From NCBI GenBank assembly GCA_963785235.1, contig CAWAUM010000001.1, positions 192,001 through 256,000 of the forward strand: a stretch of 64,000 nucleotides of DNA, read 5' to 3'. Below the pieces are notes generated by a model. It did no database searches. It was not told the origin of the DNA and saw nothing but the letters and a program-made list of their open reading frames with translations. The translations under genes were made by a program, and so were the position numbers. The first letter of the stretch is position 1, and each line of letters begins with the position of its first letter. Below are positions 51,183-61,759 of this stretch, in pieces. The DNA comes from an uncultured delta proteobacterium. Lineage in GTDB: Bacteria; Desulfobacterota; Desulfomonilia; UBA1062.

Positions 51183-53695
51183 GTACCTCGGCAGCACTCA
51201 AAAGCGTTCACAAGATCAAGGAACCGAAAAATCTGTCCAAGCGCATAACCTGGCTGCGGGATTATTACTACAAGGGCGTGGATCGACCGTGGAACAACGA
51301 GTTCACTGCCTGGACCACAGGCACGCCCTGGGATGTGCAGTTCGATGAGATGACGTTTTACATCGTGCCCGAGACCTACCCCTTCATGCAGACCTTCCGC
51401 TCCTGCATGCAGCAGGCGGCCAGGCCTGTGAAGCTGCACCCCGACTTCTGGAAGTGGAGCCTGGTTGAGCGCAAGGCCTGGTTCGTCAGGGAGGTGATGG
51501 TGAACTATGTGCCCGCCGAGATCCTGCCGGGCGACCTCATTGCGGGGGGCCGCTTCAACCTCCAGACGTCCAAGTGCTGGACAAAACAGGAGGCAAAGCT
51601 TCGCGACAGGCTCATCTACGGGAAGAAAGGCGCGCGTGCATCCATGAAGTGGTTCCACGACCACGGCTACGGCAACTCGGGCGCCACGAGCGGCCACCTC
51701 ATCCCGGGGTATGAACGGGCCTTGAAGATCGGATGGAGGGGCATATACGAAGACCTGGATAATCGCTACAGCATGCTGCCCCAAAAGGACAAGAAGGGCA
51801 AGAAAGGCGCCCAGCTGAGCGCCATGATGACGGCCGCCACCACGGCGCGCGACCTGGCAGCCAAATATGCCGCGCTGTGCGAGCGTATGGCCCTCGATGA
51901 GAAAGAGGCAGTGAGGCAGGGCGAGTTGCAGAGAATGGCAGCCATCCTCAAGCGTGTCCCCTGGGAGCCGGCGGTCACCTTCTGGGAGGCCGTGCAGGCC
52001 CTGTGGATCACACACATGCTCGTCATGAGCGATGAGAACTATCCCGGGCCCGGAGTTTCCTTCGGCCGTATAGACCAGTATCTGCTGCCCTACTGGCAGC
52101 GGTCCATTGCAGGCGGCATGGAGAGGGAACTGGGCAAGGAGATCATGAAATGCCTCTGGGTGCATGCCAACACGGTGTACGACGCCATGATCCGCGTGGG
52201 TGACAATGGCATCACCGCGGGTTACGGCCAGCTCATAACGCTCTCGGGCGTGGGTGAAAACGGCAATGATATGACCAATGACCTGACGTATGCCATGCTG
52301 GAGGTCATCGACGAGATGACCCCCATGCTGGAGCCCAAACCCAACGTTCGCCTGCACCGGGGCACGCCGGAGACACTGCTGGACAAGGTGGTGGACATGA
52401 TCTCGGTAAGCCAGGGCGCGCCTTTCCTGCTGAACTTCGACGAACGGTCCATGGCAGGGATGCTCCGCGAGGCGAAAAAGGCCGGGGTGGAACACCTCAT
52501 CAACGAGACCAACGTGCACGACTACGCGCCCGTGGGCTGCCTGGAGAACACCATGCAGGGCAATGACCGCTCCGGCACGGTGGACAACAACCTGAACCTC
52601 TTAAAGGCCGTGGAGCTCTCCCTGAACGACGGGAAGGACTTCTTTGATTTTACCGACCCCATAACGGGGAAGAAGGAGAAGGTGAAACAGGCAGGCCCGA
52701 AGACCGGCGACGCTAAAGCATTTGCAACCTGGGACACATTCTGGAAGGCCTATGCCGAGCAGACGCGGTTCATCGTGCAAAGGTGTGCAGCGCTCTATGA
52801 GCTCTCCGAATCCATCCGGGCCCGGTTCTGCCCCACGCCGTACCTCTCCTGCCTGGTGAAGGGGTGTGCGGAAAAGGGGCTCGACGTCACCCAGGGGGGC
52901 GCTGAGCTGGGCTTCACAACCCTTGAGGCCGTGACCTTCGCCACCACGGTGGACTCGCTGCTGGCCATCAAGGACCTGGTGTTCGACAAAAAGGAATGCA
53001 CCATGGCCGAGATGATCGAAGCCCTCATGGCCAACTGGGATGGCAATGAGAAGCTGCAGGCCAAGGCCAGGTTCAAGGCCCCGAAATACGGGCGCGACGA
53101 CGATGAGGCCGATGCCATGGCTGCAAAGGTTATGGAGCTGTGGTGCGAGGAGACCTGGAAGTACAGAACCATCTCCACAAACCGCCGGTTCCGGCCTGGT
53201 ATGCTGAGCTGGAACTACTGGGTGGGCGACGGCTTCATCCTGCCGGCAAGCCCGGACGGCAGGCCCAAGGGGAGGTTCCTTTCAAATGCCATCTGCCCGG
53301 TGAGCGGGGCGGACATCAACGGCCCCACCGCCAATGTGAACTCCGTGGGCAAGGCCATGGGAGGAAAAGACCTGCAAGGCCCGGGGGACTATAAGGGATA
53401 TTACAACTGCCTGCCCAACGGCGCGAGCCACACCATCACCATCAACCCCTCCCTGCTGAAGAACCCGGAGCACCGCTCAAAGTTCAAGTCATTCTTGAGG
53501 GGATACGTGGAAAACGGGGGCAGCGCGCTGCAGATCAATATCCTTGATGCGGATATGCTTACAGACGCCCAGAAGAGGCCCGAAGACTACCGGTCGCTCC
53601 TGGTGAGGATAACAGGGTACAACGCATACTTCACGAGCATCGGAAGGGAGCTGCAGGATGAGGTCATCGCCCGCCTCAGCCATGAGTCGCTGTAA
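51179..53695 (+). CDS. Glycyl radical enzyme 1 (uncharacterised)
   Basis: 838 aa with SFGRIDQY, Cys loop VGCLE and Gly loop LVRITGY. Confidence 0.92.
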   Translation: MSTSAALKSVHKIKEPKNLSKRITWLRDYYYKGVDRPWNNEFTAWTTGTPWDVQFDEMTFYIVPETYPFMQTFRSCMQQAARPVKLHPDFWKWSLVERKAWFVREVMVNYVPAEILPGDLIAGGRFNLQTSKCWTKQEAKLRDRLIYGKKGARASMKWFHDHGYGNSGATSGHLIPGYERALKIGWRGIYEDLDNRYSMLPQKDKKGKKGAQLSAMMTAATTARDLAAKYAALCERMALDEKEAVRQGELQRMAAILKRVPWEPAVTFWEAVQALWITHMLVMSDENYPGPGVSFGRIDQYLLPYWQRSIAGGMERELGKEIMKCLWVHANTVYDAMIRVGDNGITAGYGQLITLSGVGENGNDMTNDLTYAMLEVIDEMTPMLEPKPNVRLHRGTPETLLDKVVDMISVSQGAPFLLNFDERSMAGMLREAKKAGVEHLINETNVHDYAPVGCLENTMQGNDRSGTVDNNLNLLKAVELSLNDGKDFFDFTDPITGKKEKVKQAGPKTGDAKAFATWDTFWKAYAEQTRFIVQRCAALYELSESIRARFCPTPYLSCLVKGCAEKGLDVTQGGAELGFTTLEAVTFATTVDSLLAIKDLVFDKKECTMAEMIEALMANWDGNEKLQAKARFKAPKYGRDDDEADAMAAKVMELWCEETWKYRTISTNRRFRPGMLSWNYWVGDGFILPASPDGRPKGRFLSNAICPVSGADINGPTANVNSVGKAMGGKDLQGPGDYKGYYNCLPNGASHTITINPSLLKNPEHRSKFKSFLRGYVENGGSALQINILDADMLTDAQKRPEDYRSLLVRITGYNAYFTSIGRELQDEVIARLSHESL

Positions 53696-53799
53696 ATGAA
53701 TATTTTCCTAGGGGGCTGTCAGCATCAGTTGCATGGGGTGGTGTTGGCAGTCCCTGCCCCCATGGCGCCGGGGTGAGGGGCCCATACAAGGGAAAAGGC

Positions 53800-54804
53800 A
53801 TGACAAGCGCAGAAGACAAACACCAGGGAACAATCTTGCGCATCCAGCGCATGTCCACCGAGGACGGGCCCGGCATCAGGAGCACGGTCTTCTTCAAGGG
53901 ATGCCCGCTCGCGTGCATATGGTGCCATAACCCGGAGAGCATCTCACGCGGGCCCCAGGTGCATTGGGTGAAGTCCAGATGCATCGGCTGTAGAGGCTGC
54001 ATAGAGGCATGTCCGAAAGGGGCGCTTGCTTTTGGGGACAGTGGTATAACCATCAATCGATTACTGTGCGACTCATGCTCCGAGTGTGTTCAGGCCTGCC
54101 CATCCACGGCCATGGAGGCGTACGGCGAGGTCTTTTCCACCCACGATCTGGTGCGTGAGGTCATCAAGGACAAGGTCTATTTCCAGAAGTCAGGAGGCGG
54201 TGTGACACTCTCGGGCGGTGAACCCACCATGCAGCCGGCCTTTACCAAAGAGCTGCTTGCATCTTTGAAGCAAGAAGGTGTCCATACCGCGCTCGACACC
54301 TGCGGGCAGTGTTCGTGGGGAACCCTTGAGGCCCTGCTGCCGCAGGCGGACCTTGTGCTGTACGACCTCAAGGAGATCGACCCGGAAAACCATAAGCGGT
54401 TCACCGGCATTACCAACAAGGGTATCCTGCATAACCTCAAAATGCTGGGGCACTTCATGAAGGATCGAGGCATGCCGGGCGATCTCTGGATACGCACCCC
54501 TTTAATACCGGGCTGCACGGCAACGCCGGAAAATATCAAAGGCATCGGCGCCTTCATCAAGAAGCAGTTGCATTCAGTGGTAAGCAGGTGGGACCTCTGT
54601 ACCTTCAATAACCTGTGTACCCACAAGTATGATGGGTTGGGGCTCGACTGGAGCTTTAAGAGGGCAGGGCTCCTTGATGAGGATCAGGCTGATCACCTGG
54701 TTACCCTGGCCATGTCCTCGGGTGTCGATCCGGGAATTGTTCACCTGAGCGGGCCCATGAGAACACTTCCCCCCTCTCCCCTGGCGGGAGAGGGCCTAAG
54801 GTGA
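53800..54804 (+). CDS. Glycyl-radical activating enzyme (radical SAM with ferredoxin insert)
   Basis: DGPGIRS, GCPLACIWCHNPE (CX3CX2C), two CxxCxxCxxxCP motifs and SGGEP. Confidence 0.95.
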   Translation: MTSAEDKHQGTILRIQRMSTEDGPGIRSTVFFKGCPLACIWCHNPESISRGPQVHWVKSRCIGCRGCIEACPKGALAFGDSGITINRLLCDSCSECVQACPSTAMEAYGEVFSTHDLVREVIKDKVYFQKSGGGVTLSGGEPTMQPAFTKELLASLKQEGVHTALDTCGQCSWGTLEALLPQADLVLYDLKEIDPENHKRFTGITNKGILHNLKMLGHFMKDRGMPGDLWIRTPLIPGCTATPENIKGIGAFIKKQLHSVVSRWDLCTFNNLCTHKYDGLGLDWSFKRAGLLDEDQADHLVTLAMSSGVDPGIVHLSGPMRTLPPSPLAGEGLR

Positions 54805-54810
54805 GGGGGG
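54769..54810 (+). repeat. CCCTCTCCC/GGGAGAGGG...GGTGAGGG-type (BoxC-like) repeat
   Basis: CCCTCTCCC-CTGGC-GGGAGAGGG hairpin then GGTGAGGGGGG; a degenerate copy lies near 53751-53780. Confidence 0.6.
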
Positions 54811-54873
54811 AGTGCATATTGACGGCAGTGTCGTCTCCCTGGTTCCGGATATGAGTAGTGATGGAGGTAAAAT

Positions 54874-55722
54874 ATGAAGAAGACCTATACACGCTTTGAT
54901 GCCCTCGACATGAAGCAGTTCGAGCCCGAGGCAAAGGTGGGACTTATCGCCACGGTAAACCCTGAAGGCCTGCCGCATGTCACCCTCATTACCGCGCTGC
55001 AGGCAAAGACGCCTGAGAAGCTTATCTGGGGCCAGTTCTCCGAAGGCAGGAGCAAGGAGCACGTGAAGACCAATCCGAAAACAGGCTTTGCCATCATGAC
55101 CATGGACAAGAGCCTGTGGCGTGGCAAGGCGCTCTACACCCACAGGGCCAAAAGCGGTGATGACTACGAGATGTTCAACCTGAAGCCCATGTTCCGATAC
55201 AATGCCTATTTCGGCATTCATACCGTGCACTACATGGACCTCTTGGAGACCTACGGTAAGGAATCTTTGCCCCTTGCCCGGATCGGCCTGGGTTCTGTCC
55301 TGGCCCTGGCGGGGAGGTCCGCCGTTAAGCCGGGGCATGGAAAACGCATCTTAAAGCCCTGGGCCGAGGCCCTGTTCAAGAGGCTCGATACCATAAAGTT
55401 CATCTCAATTGTTGGGGAGGGCGGATTCCCGGTGATCATCCCGCTCATCGGCTGCCAGGCGGCAGACAGCACCAGGCTCGCCTTTTCACCGCTGGCCTAC
55501 GGCGAGGAGCTCAAAGCAATAAGGCCGGGGGCAACCGTTGCCGTATTCGGCCTTACCATGGAGATGGAGGACGTGCTGGTCAGGGGGACCTTCAGCGGGT
55601 TTGAGAGGCACCGGGGCATTACGCTCGGGTGTGTGGACATCACCTGGGTTTACAACTCCATGCCGCCCAAGCCCGGCCAGATCTACCCGGACTCGGAGCT
55701 TAAGCCTGTAGTGAATTTCTAA
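54874..55722 (+). CDS. Pyridoxamine 5'-phosphate oxidase-like (split-barrel) protein, apparently tandem domains
   Basis: GLIATVNPEGLPHVT...KEHVKTNPK, with a second repeat FISIVGEGGFPVI. Confidence 0.75.
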   Translation: MKKTYTRFDALDMKQFEPEAKVGLIATVNPEGLPHVTLITALQAKTPEKLIWGQFSEGRSKEHVKTNPKTGFAIMTMDKSLWRGKALYTHRAKSGDDYEMFNLKPMFRYNAYFGIHTVHYMDLLETYGKESLPLARIGLGSVLALAGRSAVKPGHGKRILKPWAEALFKRLDTIKFISIVGEGGFPVIIPLIGCQAADSTRLAFSPLAYGEELKAIRPGATVAVFGLTMEMEDVLVRGTFSGFERHRGITLGCVDITWVYNSMPPKPGQIYPDSELKPVVNF

Positions 55723-55737
55723 AGAGGAGAAATCAGT

Positions 55738-58117
55738 ATGATAGCCCATTCGGCACCCAAGAAACCAGATGACAGGTTAACCCCCCCCGAGCGCTTTACA
55801 CGCATCAAGCATGCACTGCTCTCTTCGTGTGTGCATCTCTGTACCGAGCGGGCGCTGCTCATCACCGAGTTTTTTAAAAAACATGACAATAAAAAAGAGC
55901 CTATGGTGATCCGTAAGGCCAAGGCACTGCGCTACCTGCTCCGGAATAAGTCGGTGAAGATCTTCGATGATGAGCTCATTGTCGGCAATGTGGGCGGCTT
56001 TCGGAAATCGGCCATCATGCAGCCTGAACTCTCCGGGGTAGTCATGAGCGAGGAGTTACTCTGGATGGGCTCCCGCAAGACAAATCCCTATCCTATTTCC
56101 TGGGCGGACAGGCTGAAGCTCTTCTTGAAGGTCATCCCGTACTGGTCCTTCAGAAATATGAACACCCGTGCATTCAAGTGGTACAGCCCGAAGCTTATCC
56201 GTTTCGTGCTGGCACAGATCAGCGCCTCCAACTACCTCATCAATGAGTCCGGAGGCATAGGTCACTTCCTGCCCGATTACGGCAGTATGATAAGGCTCGG
56301 CATCAAAGGCTACAGGGAAACCCTTGATGGGTCGAAGTTCGACCTCCATGCAGCAGCGCTCATCGCCTGCGAGGGCCTGGCAGACTATGCAAAAAGGCTC
56401 TCTGCTGAGGCTGTGAGGCTCGCATCCTATGAAAGCTCGCCTGCAAGAAAGCAGGAGCTCATAGAGATTGCGCGCATCTGCAAAAAGGTGCCCCTGGAGC
56501 CTGCCGAGACCCTGCACGAGGCCCTGCAGGCCCTGTGGCTCACCCACATGGCCGTATGCCTTGAAGGGATCAACTCCGCCGTCTCCTTTGGGAGGATAGA
56601 CCAGTACCTCTACCCGTACTACAGGGCCGATATGGCAGCCGGCAGGATCGATGCTGACAAGGCCCGGGAGCTGCTTCTTTGCTTCTCCGCCAAGACCACC
56701 GAGCACATGTTCCTCCTTTCAAGCAGGGTCAGCGAGTACCACGGAGGATACCTGGTGGCCCAGGCCGCCACGGTAGGAGGCATGGACAAGGACGGCAATG
56801 ATGCGGTGAACGACCTTACCTACCTGTTCCTCGATGTCATGGAACTGGCGGGGCTGCGCGACCCTAACTACATGGCAAGGATCCATACCTCTTCTCCCGA
56901 GGAGTATGTGCGCCGGGCCGTGGATGTGGCATGCAAAGGGAGCAATGTGCCGGGCCTGTTCAATGATGAGGCCACCATCGCATCGCTCACCTCCCATGGC
57001 TACGCCCTCGAAGAGGCCCGCGACTATGGGGTTGTGGGCTGCGTGGAACCGACCATCCCGGGAAAAAGCTTCTGCTCTACTGATGCCGCACTCTTCAACC
57101 TGCCCTTGTGCCTGGTCCTGGCCCTGAACAAGGGCATGCGGCCGGATTCCCGGTTCAGGGTGGGCGCTTCGACACCCGATCCGGCTACATTCAAGACCAT
57201 GGAGAACCTCATCGATGCCTTCAGGGCCCAGGTGGCATTCATGGTAAGCCGCCTGATCAAGGATATCCAGATAATCGAAGGGGCCAACCGCGATTTTCAC
57301 CCCACCCCGTTTTCCTCCATGCTGGTTAAAGGCTGCCTGGAGAGCGGCCGCGACGTGACGTCGGGCGGCGCTCAGTTCAACTCCAGCGGTATCCAGGGCG
57401 TGGGTGTGGCGGACGTGGCTGATTCCCTTGCAGCTATCGAAGACGCGGTGTTCACCCGTAAGTCTTATACCCTGACTCGAGGTGATCGAATCCATGGGGA
57501 AGAACTTTGCGGACAATCCGAAACTCGGTGCGGCGCTGGTCTCGGCCCCGAAGTTCGGAAACGACAACGGCATGCCTGAGCGATACGCCGACCTTGTCGT
57601 ACATATCTTCCACGACGCCCTGATGAGGTATCGCAACACACGCGGCGGCCCCTATATCTCCGGGTTTTACTCATCCACGACCCATGTGGGCTTCGGAAGG
57701 AGGACGCCTGCCCTGCCAAGCGGCAGAAAGGCGGGAGAGCCCTTTGCGGCAAGCATGGGGTGCTGCAACGGGCGCGACAGGAACGGGCCCACAGCCCTAC
57801 TCAATTCGGTGGCTGCCGTTGATTCAAGGCTGTCCCCCAACGGCTATGCACTGAACATGCGCTTCGATGTGTCCTCATTGAAAGGTGAAAAGGCCCTTTC
57901 TACCATGACCGCCCTTACCAGGGGCTTCTTTGCCCAGGGCGGCATGGAGATGCAGCTCAATGTGCTCGACCCGGCGGTCCTGGCCGATGCCCGGTCGCAC
58001 CCCGGCAAGTACCCCGGTATCGTGGTGAGGGTTGCCGGGTACTGCGCCTATTTCGATGATCTTCCTGACACCGTGAAGGACGAGATCATCAACAGGACCA
58101 GGATGGAGCTGGGGTAG
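55738..58117 (+). CDS. Glycyl radical enzyme 2, frameshift near 57480
   Basis: ERALLIT, SFGRIDQY, Cys loop VGCVE, PKFGND and Gly loop VVRVAGY. Confidence 0.92.
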
Positions 58118-58165
58118 GGGCTGTTTTAACCCGGAGTGTGAGTTTAAGAAGAGTAAAAAAACTGA

Positions 58166-58250
58166 TCCGTTAAAAAACTCACTCTTGCAGCCTTTGTGGA
58201 GCGATAATTTTATCGGTCCTTAAGGCTGCAAGAGTGAGTTTTTTAACGGA
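58166..58250. repeat. Long palindrome copy D (29-bp perfect arms)
   Basis: Arms 58166-58194 and 58222-58250 are exact reverse complements. Homologous to copy A. Confidence 0.9.
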
Positions 58251-58355
58251 CCTATTCAAAAAACAATACCATGCTCACTATGAGTTTTATGCTTAAGTCC
58301 ACCTGTAGCGCACAGGGTATTTATGGGTTTATTCCAAAGGCCCGATTTGCCTCCT

Positions 58356-59372
58356 TCACCCGAGATACTCGCGATACACCGACGAGAACCTCCTGAGCTC
58401 TTTATAATCCATAACCGTGGACATGGGGAGGTTCGTCTCCTCCACCCCGGCCTCCCTTGCCGAAGCAACAGGATTAAGGCCGCCCAGCAGTACGATGCCC
58501 ATCTTATTAACGTCAACACTCACCTGGCAGACGCTCTCACCCATCTTGCCCATGGAGATCACCGGCTGCATGTCAACGCCTTTTAACAGTTCAATGACCT
58601 CTTCCACGCCGTCCCTGCACACCCCGGCTACTTCGCTGAAGTTAGCCAGGATCTTTCCCTCACCCCTTCTCAGAACCTCCCGCATGGCGGTCATCCGGGC
58701 ACTGATGAAGGCCTCCGATGGATCCAGAGAGGTTCCGGAGTAGTGGATCAGCTCTACAAAACGCATGGGTTTATGTTCACTTACCTGGAGTATGCCACCG
58801 AATTTTGACTCCAGCGGGATGCCGCGTTTAAGAAGCATACCGGAAAAAACGATGCTGCACACCGTTGCGAAACCGATGCACCCCGGCGGTACGTGCACAT
58901 CGCCCAAAAAGGCCCCTTCGGGCGCCACTGCAACCAGGTTGCTCACGCAATAGCCCTTTTCAAAGGCCGACTTCATCCCCTTGAGCGCATCCTTGAAGCT
59001 CTCCTTGGGAAAGAACGAGACATTGCTGGGGATCAGGCCCTTGCCTGCGGTTGCATCAAAGGTGGTCTTGTAGGCAAGGATCTCCATACGTGAGATGCAG
59101 TAGCCGACCTTGTCCTGGACCCGGGCGTTGCGTAACTCTTCTATGCCCTTTTCCGTAATGAGCCTGCCGACCCTTCTCCCGATAAACCGTGTAAGCTCAC
59201 GCTGGTCCATGAACTGAAGGTGGTAGCGGACGGCACGCTCGCTCAGGTTGATCCCGTATTCCTTCATCCTCCTTGCAATGATGCGTGCGCCGAGCGGTTG
59301 CCCGGCATGATTGAGGATCCTCAGGATCAGGATGCTCTTCCTTTCCATCTCATCAAAAGTAAACATGTTCAT
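58356..59372 (-). CDS. NrpR-family regulator (winged helix plus NRD/DUF128 domain)
   Basis: PLGARIIA...ERAVRYHL, TVCSI, GTSLDPSE, ANF and GGLNP motifs. Confidence 0.85.
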   Translation of the reverse strand: MNMFTFDEMERKSILILRILNHAGQPLGARIIARRMKEYGINLSERAVRYHLQFMDQRELTRFIGRRVGRLITEKGIEELRNARVQDKVGYCISRMEILAYKTTFDATAGKGLIPSNVSFFPKESFKDALKGMKSAFEKGYCVSNLVAVAPEGAFLGDVHVPPGCIGFATVCSIVFSGMLLKRGIPLESKFGGILQVSEHKPMRFVELIHYSGTSLDPSEAFISARMTAMREVLRRGEGKILANFSEVAGVCRDGVEEVIELLKGVDMQPVISMGKMGESVCQVSVDVNKMGIVLLGGLNPVASAREAGVEETNLPMSTVMDYKELRRFSSVYREYLG

Positions 59373-59492
59373 CTCCCCATAAAAATATCGGTTGCCTATT
59401 GCCGATGATGGTTACACGCCGGAGAAAAACTGTCAACGTTTGCATGACAATTCGCAATATTTCGGATACAACATATGCATTGAGGAAAGGGC

Positions 59493-60155
59493 ATGGGCCG
59501 GATCAGAGACAATGTGTTGAGGCTGCTCTCGGAGATACCACAGGGCATCACCGTGGTAGCGGCCGCCAAGTCGAGAGACGCTGCGGAGATCCTTGAGGCC
59601 GTTGAAGCGGGCATCACCGCTGTGGGCGAGAATTATATGCAGGAATCCCGGACAATGATCGAGGCCATCGGTCCGAAGGCTTCATGGCACTTCATAGGCC
59701 ACATCCAGAAGAACAAGGTCAAATACATCGTGCCGCTCTTTGACATGATCGAGACAGTTGACTCCATGGAGCTTGCATCCATGATAGACCAGCACGCCGC
59801 CAGGTATGGCAAGGTCATGCCCGTGCTCGTCGAGGTGAACATCGCCCATGAGGCACAGAAACACGGTGCCATGCCCGAGGATGTCCCCGGTCTTATCCGG
59901 CAGTTGAGCAGCCTGAAAAATATCCATGTGAGCGGGCTCATGACCATGGGGCCCTTTGTGGAAGACCCGGAGGAACTCAGGCCTTACTTCAGGCAGGCCA
60001 AGGTCCTCTTCGAGGAAATCAAGGCATTGAATATAGCGAATGTGACGATGGACTACCTCTCCATGGGCATGAGCGATTCCTTCCAGATAGCCATCCAGGA
60101 AGGGGCCACAATGGTCCGCATCGGCACCAGTATCTTCGGAGAAAGGCCGCACTGA
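59493..60155 (+). CDS. yggS: PLP homeostasis protein (YggS family)
   Basis: GENYMQE, WHFIGHIQKNK, GLMTM, LSMGMS and VRIGT motifs. Confidence 0.95.
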   Translation: MGRIRDNVLRLLSEIPQGITVVAAAKSRDAAEILEAVEAGITAVGENYMQESRTMIEAIGPKASWHFIGHIQKNKVKYIVPLFDMIETVDSMELASMIDQHAARYGKVMPVLVEVNIAHEAQKHGAMPEDVPGLIRQLSSLKNIHVSGLMTMGPFVEDPEELRPYFRQAKVLFEEIKALNIANVTMDYLSMGMSDSFQIAIQEGATMVRIGTSIFGERPH

Positions 60156-60165
60156 ATTTATCCTC

Positions 60166-60892
60166 TCAACAAATCTTAACAGGCATCCCTACCTTTGCAC
60201 CGATGATATTGGCCGCATTCCCTCGGTTTGCCGCTATCTCGATGGTGGAGGCGCTGCCGCAGATGAGGCCGACAGAACCGGAAGGGATGTCTGCAAAGGT
60301 CTTTGCGCAAACCATAATGACCTGACCATTCAATTCCAGCGAAATATCGGGCTTGGCAAGTTCACAGATGATGTTGGTGATCACATTCCCGAAGGTGTCT
60401 ATGTGTACGACCATGGGGTTCGTTACTTCAAGAGATACCGGTGCAGCCGCTGGCTATGCCCAGCTCATGTATGTCATCCCCCGCCAGTATCCTTGCCACG
60501 ATCAGCGCAAAGATATCCCTGCCGTGGAAGGTTGGCGATACGGCCCCCTGGGGCCTCCAGGTGATTTCAATGACCGTCTCGGCCGGGAACAGGAACGAGA
60601 AGACCCCGTTATCAGGCCCCACAAAGATATGACCATCCTTTTTTACGTAAAGGATGCCGCGCCCGGTCCCAACGCCGGGGTCAACCACGGCCAGGTGTAT
60701 GGTGCCGGCGGAAAAAAACCTGAAACTGCTTGCCAGCAGCCACCCCGCAGATATGATGCCGAAGGCTTCAATTTCGTGGGTGATGTCGATGATCCTGGCT
60801 TCCGGTGCCTGGGTGAGTATGACCGCCTTCACCTGGGCCACATAGGCATCCTTCAGGCCGAAATCCGAGATAAAGGTTATGGTGGGGATCAT
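60166..60892 (-). CDS. SAM hydroxide adenosyltransferase / chlorinase-like protein (DUF62), frameshift near 60430
   Basis: SDFGLKD, VVDPGVG, GPDNG, TFHGRDIF and HIDTFGN motifs. Confidence 0.9.
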
Positions 60893-61008
60893 GCCTTCTA
60901 TAGTACGCCAAACCAGGCGATGGTCAATATGCACCTAAAGGGTATTGAGGTATAACCTTCATCAGTCACCCCTTGCATGGCAGGCAATCTTGTTTTATAT
61001 TCAACGAG

Positions 61009-61759
61009 ATGATAATCAATGAACAGAGCTGTTTCTATCCTGACAGTTACGTATACTTCGACCCGGCATCGAGGGGATTCCAAACCGAAGACATCTTTCT
61101 GGATGACCGCATCCACTGCTGGTTCATACGGCCCCAACCGGTCAATGCGAAGCAATCACTGATAGTCCACCTCCATGGCAATGCAGAGAACATGACCTCC
61201 CACATCACAGGCGCCATGTTCCTGCTGGAAGCTGGGCTATCCTATTTTGGCATTTGACTACAGCGGCTACGGCAGGTCGAAGGGAACACCGACCCTGGCA
61301 GGGATACAGGACGACGCCAGAGTAGTCTTTGGACACATATTCGCAAACCCCCATACGTTCGGCAGCTCAGTCTTCGGGTTCGGCCAGTCCATGGGGGCAT
61401 ATACGCTGGCGCGGGTCCTGCCGGATTTTCCAGGGCTCAAGGGCGCCATATTAGAGGCCGGATTGCATTCATTCCATGCGTTGTTCTGTGAGGCCTATCC
61501 TGCGCTCGAATGTACCGTGCCTGACAAAGGCTATTCGGCCCTTGATACGCTGCCTGGCAGTGCCGTACCCAAGCTCTTTATCCACGGGACTGCCGATGGC
61601 GTTGTGCCCTTTTCCCACTCTATACGGATGCACGAGGTTGCAGCAGAACCGAAAGATATCCTTATCCTGGACGGTGTCGGCCATATCGATGCCTTTATCT
61701 CCCGGCATGCCATGACCTATCGGGAGAAGATCCAGCAATTTCTGAAACAGAACAGTTAG
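61009..61759 (+). CDS. Alpha/beta hydrolase, frameshift near 61245
   Basis: HGNAEN, FDYSGYGRS, GQSMG nucleophile elbow, HGTADGVVP and GH motifs. Confidence 0.88.

Noticed and set aside
51044-52519. 491-aa minus-strand ORF, and similar ORFs opposite GRE2
   Set aside because: Antisense shadows of the GRE genes.
60166-60892. Fluorinase/chlorinase as a sign of halometabolite synthesis
   Set aside because: Housekeeping context and DUF62-type motifs point to the widespread SAM hydrolase; no biosynthetic genes nearby.
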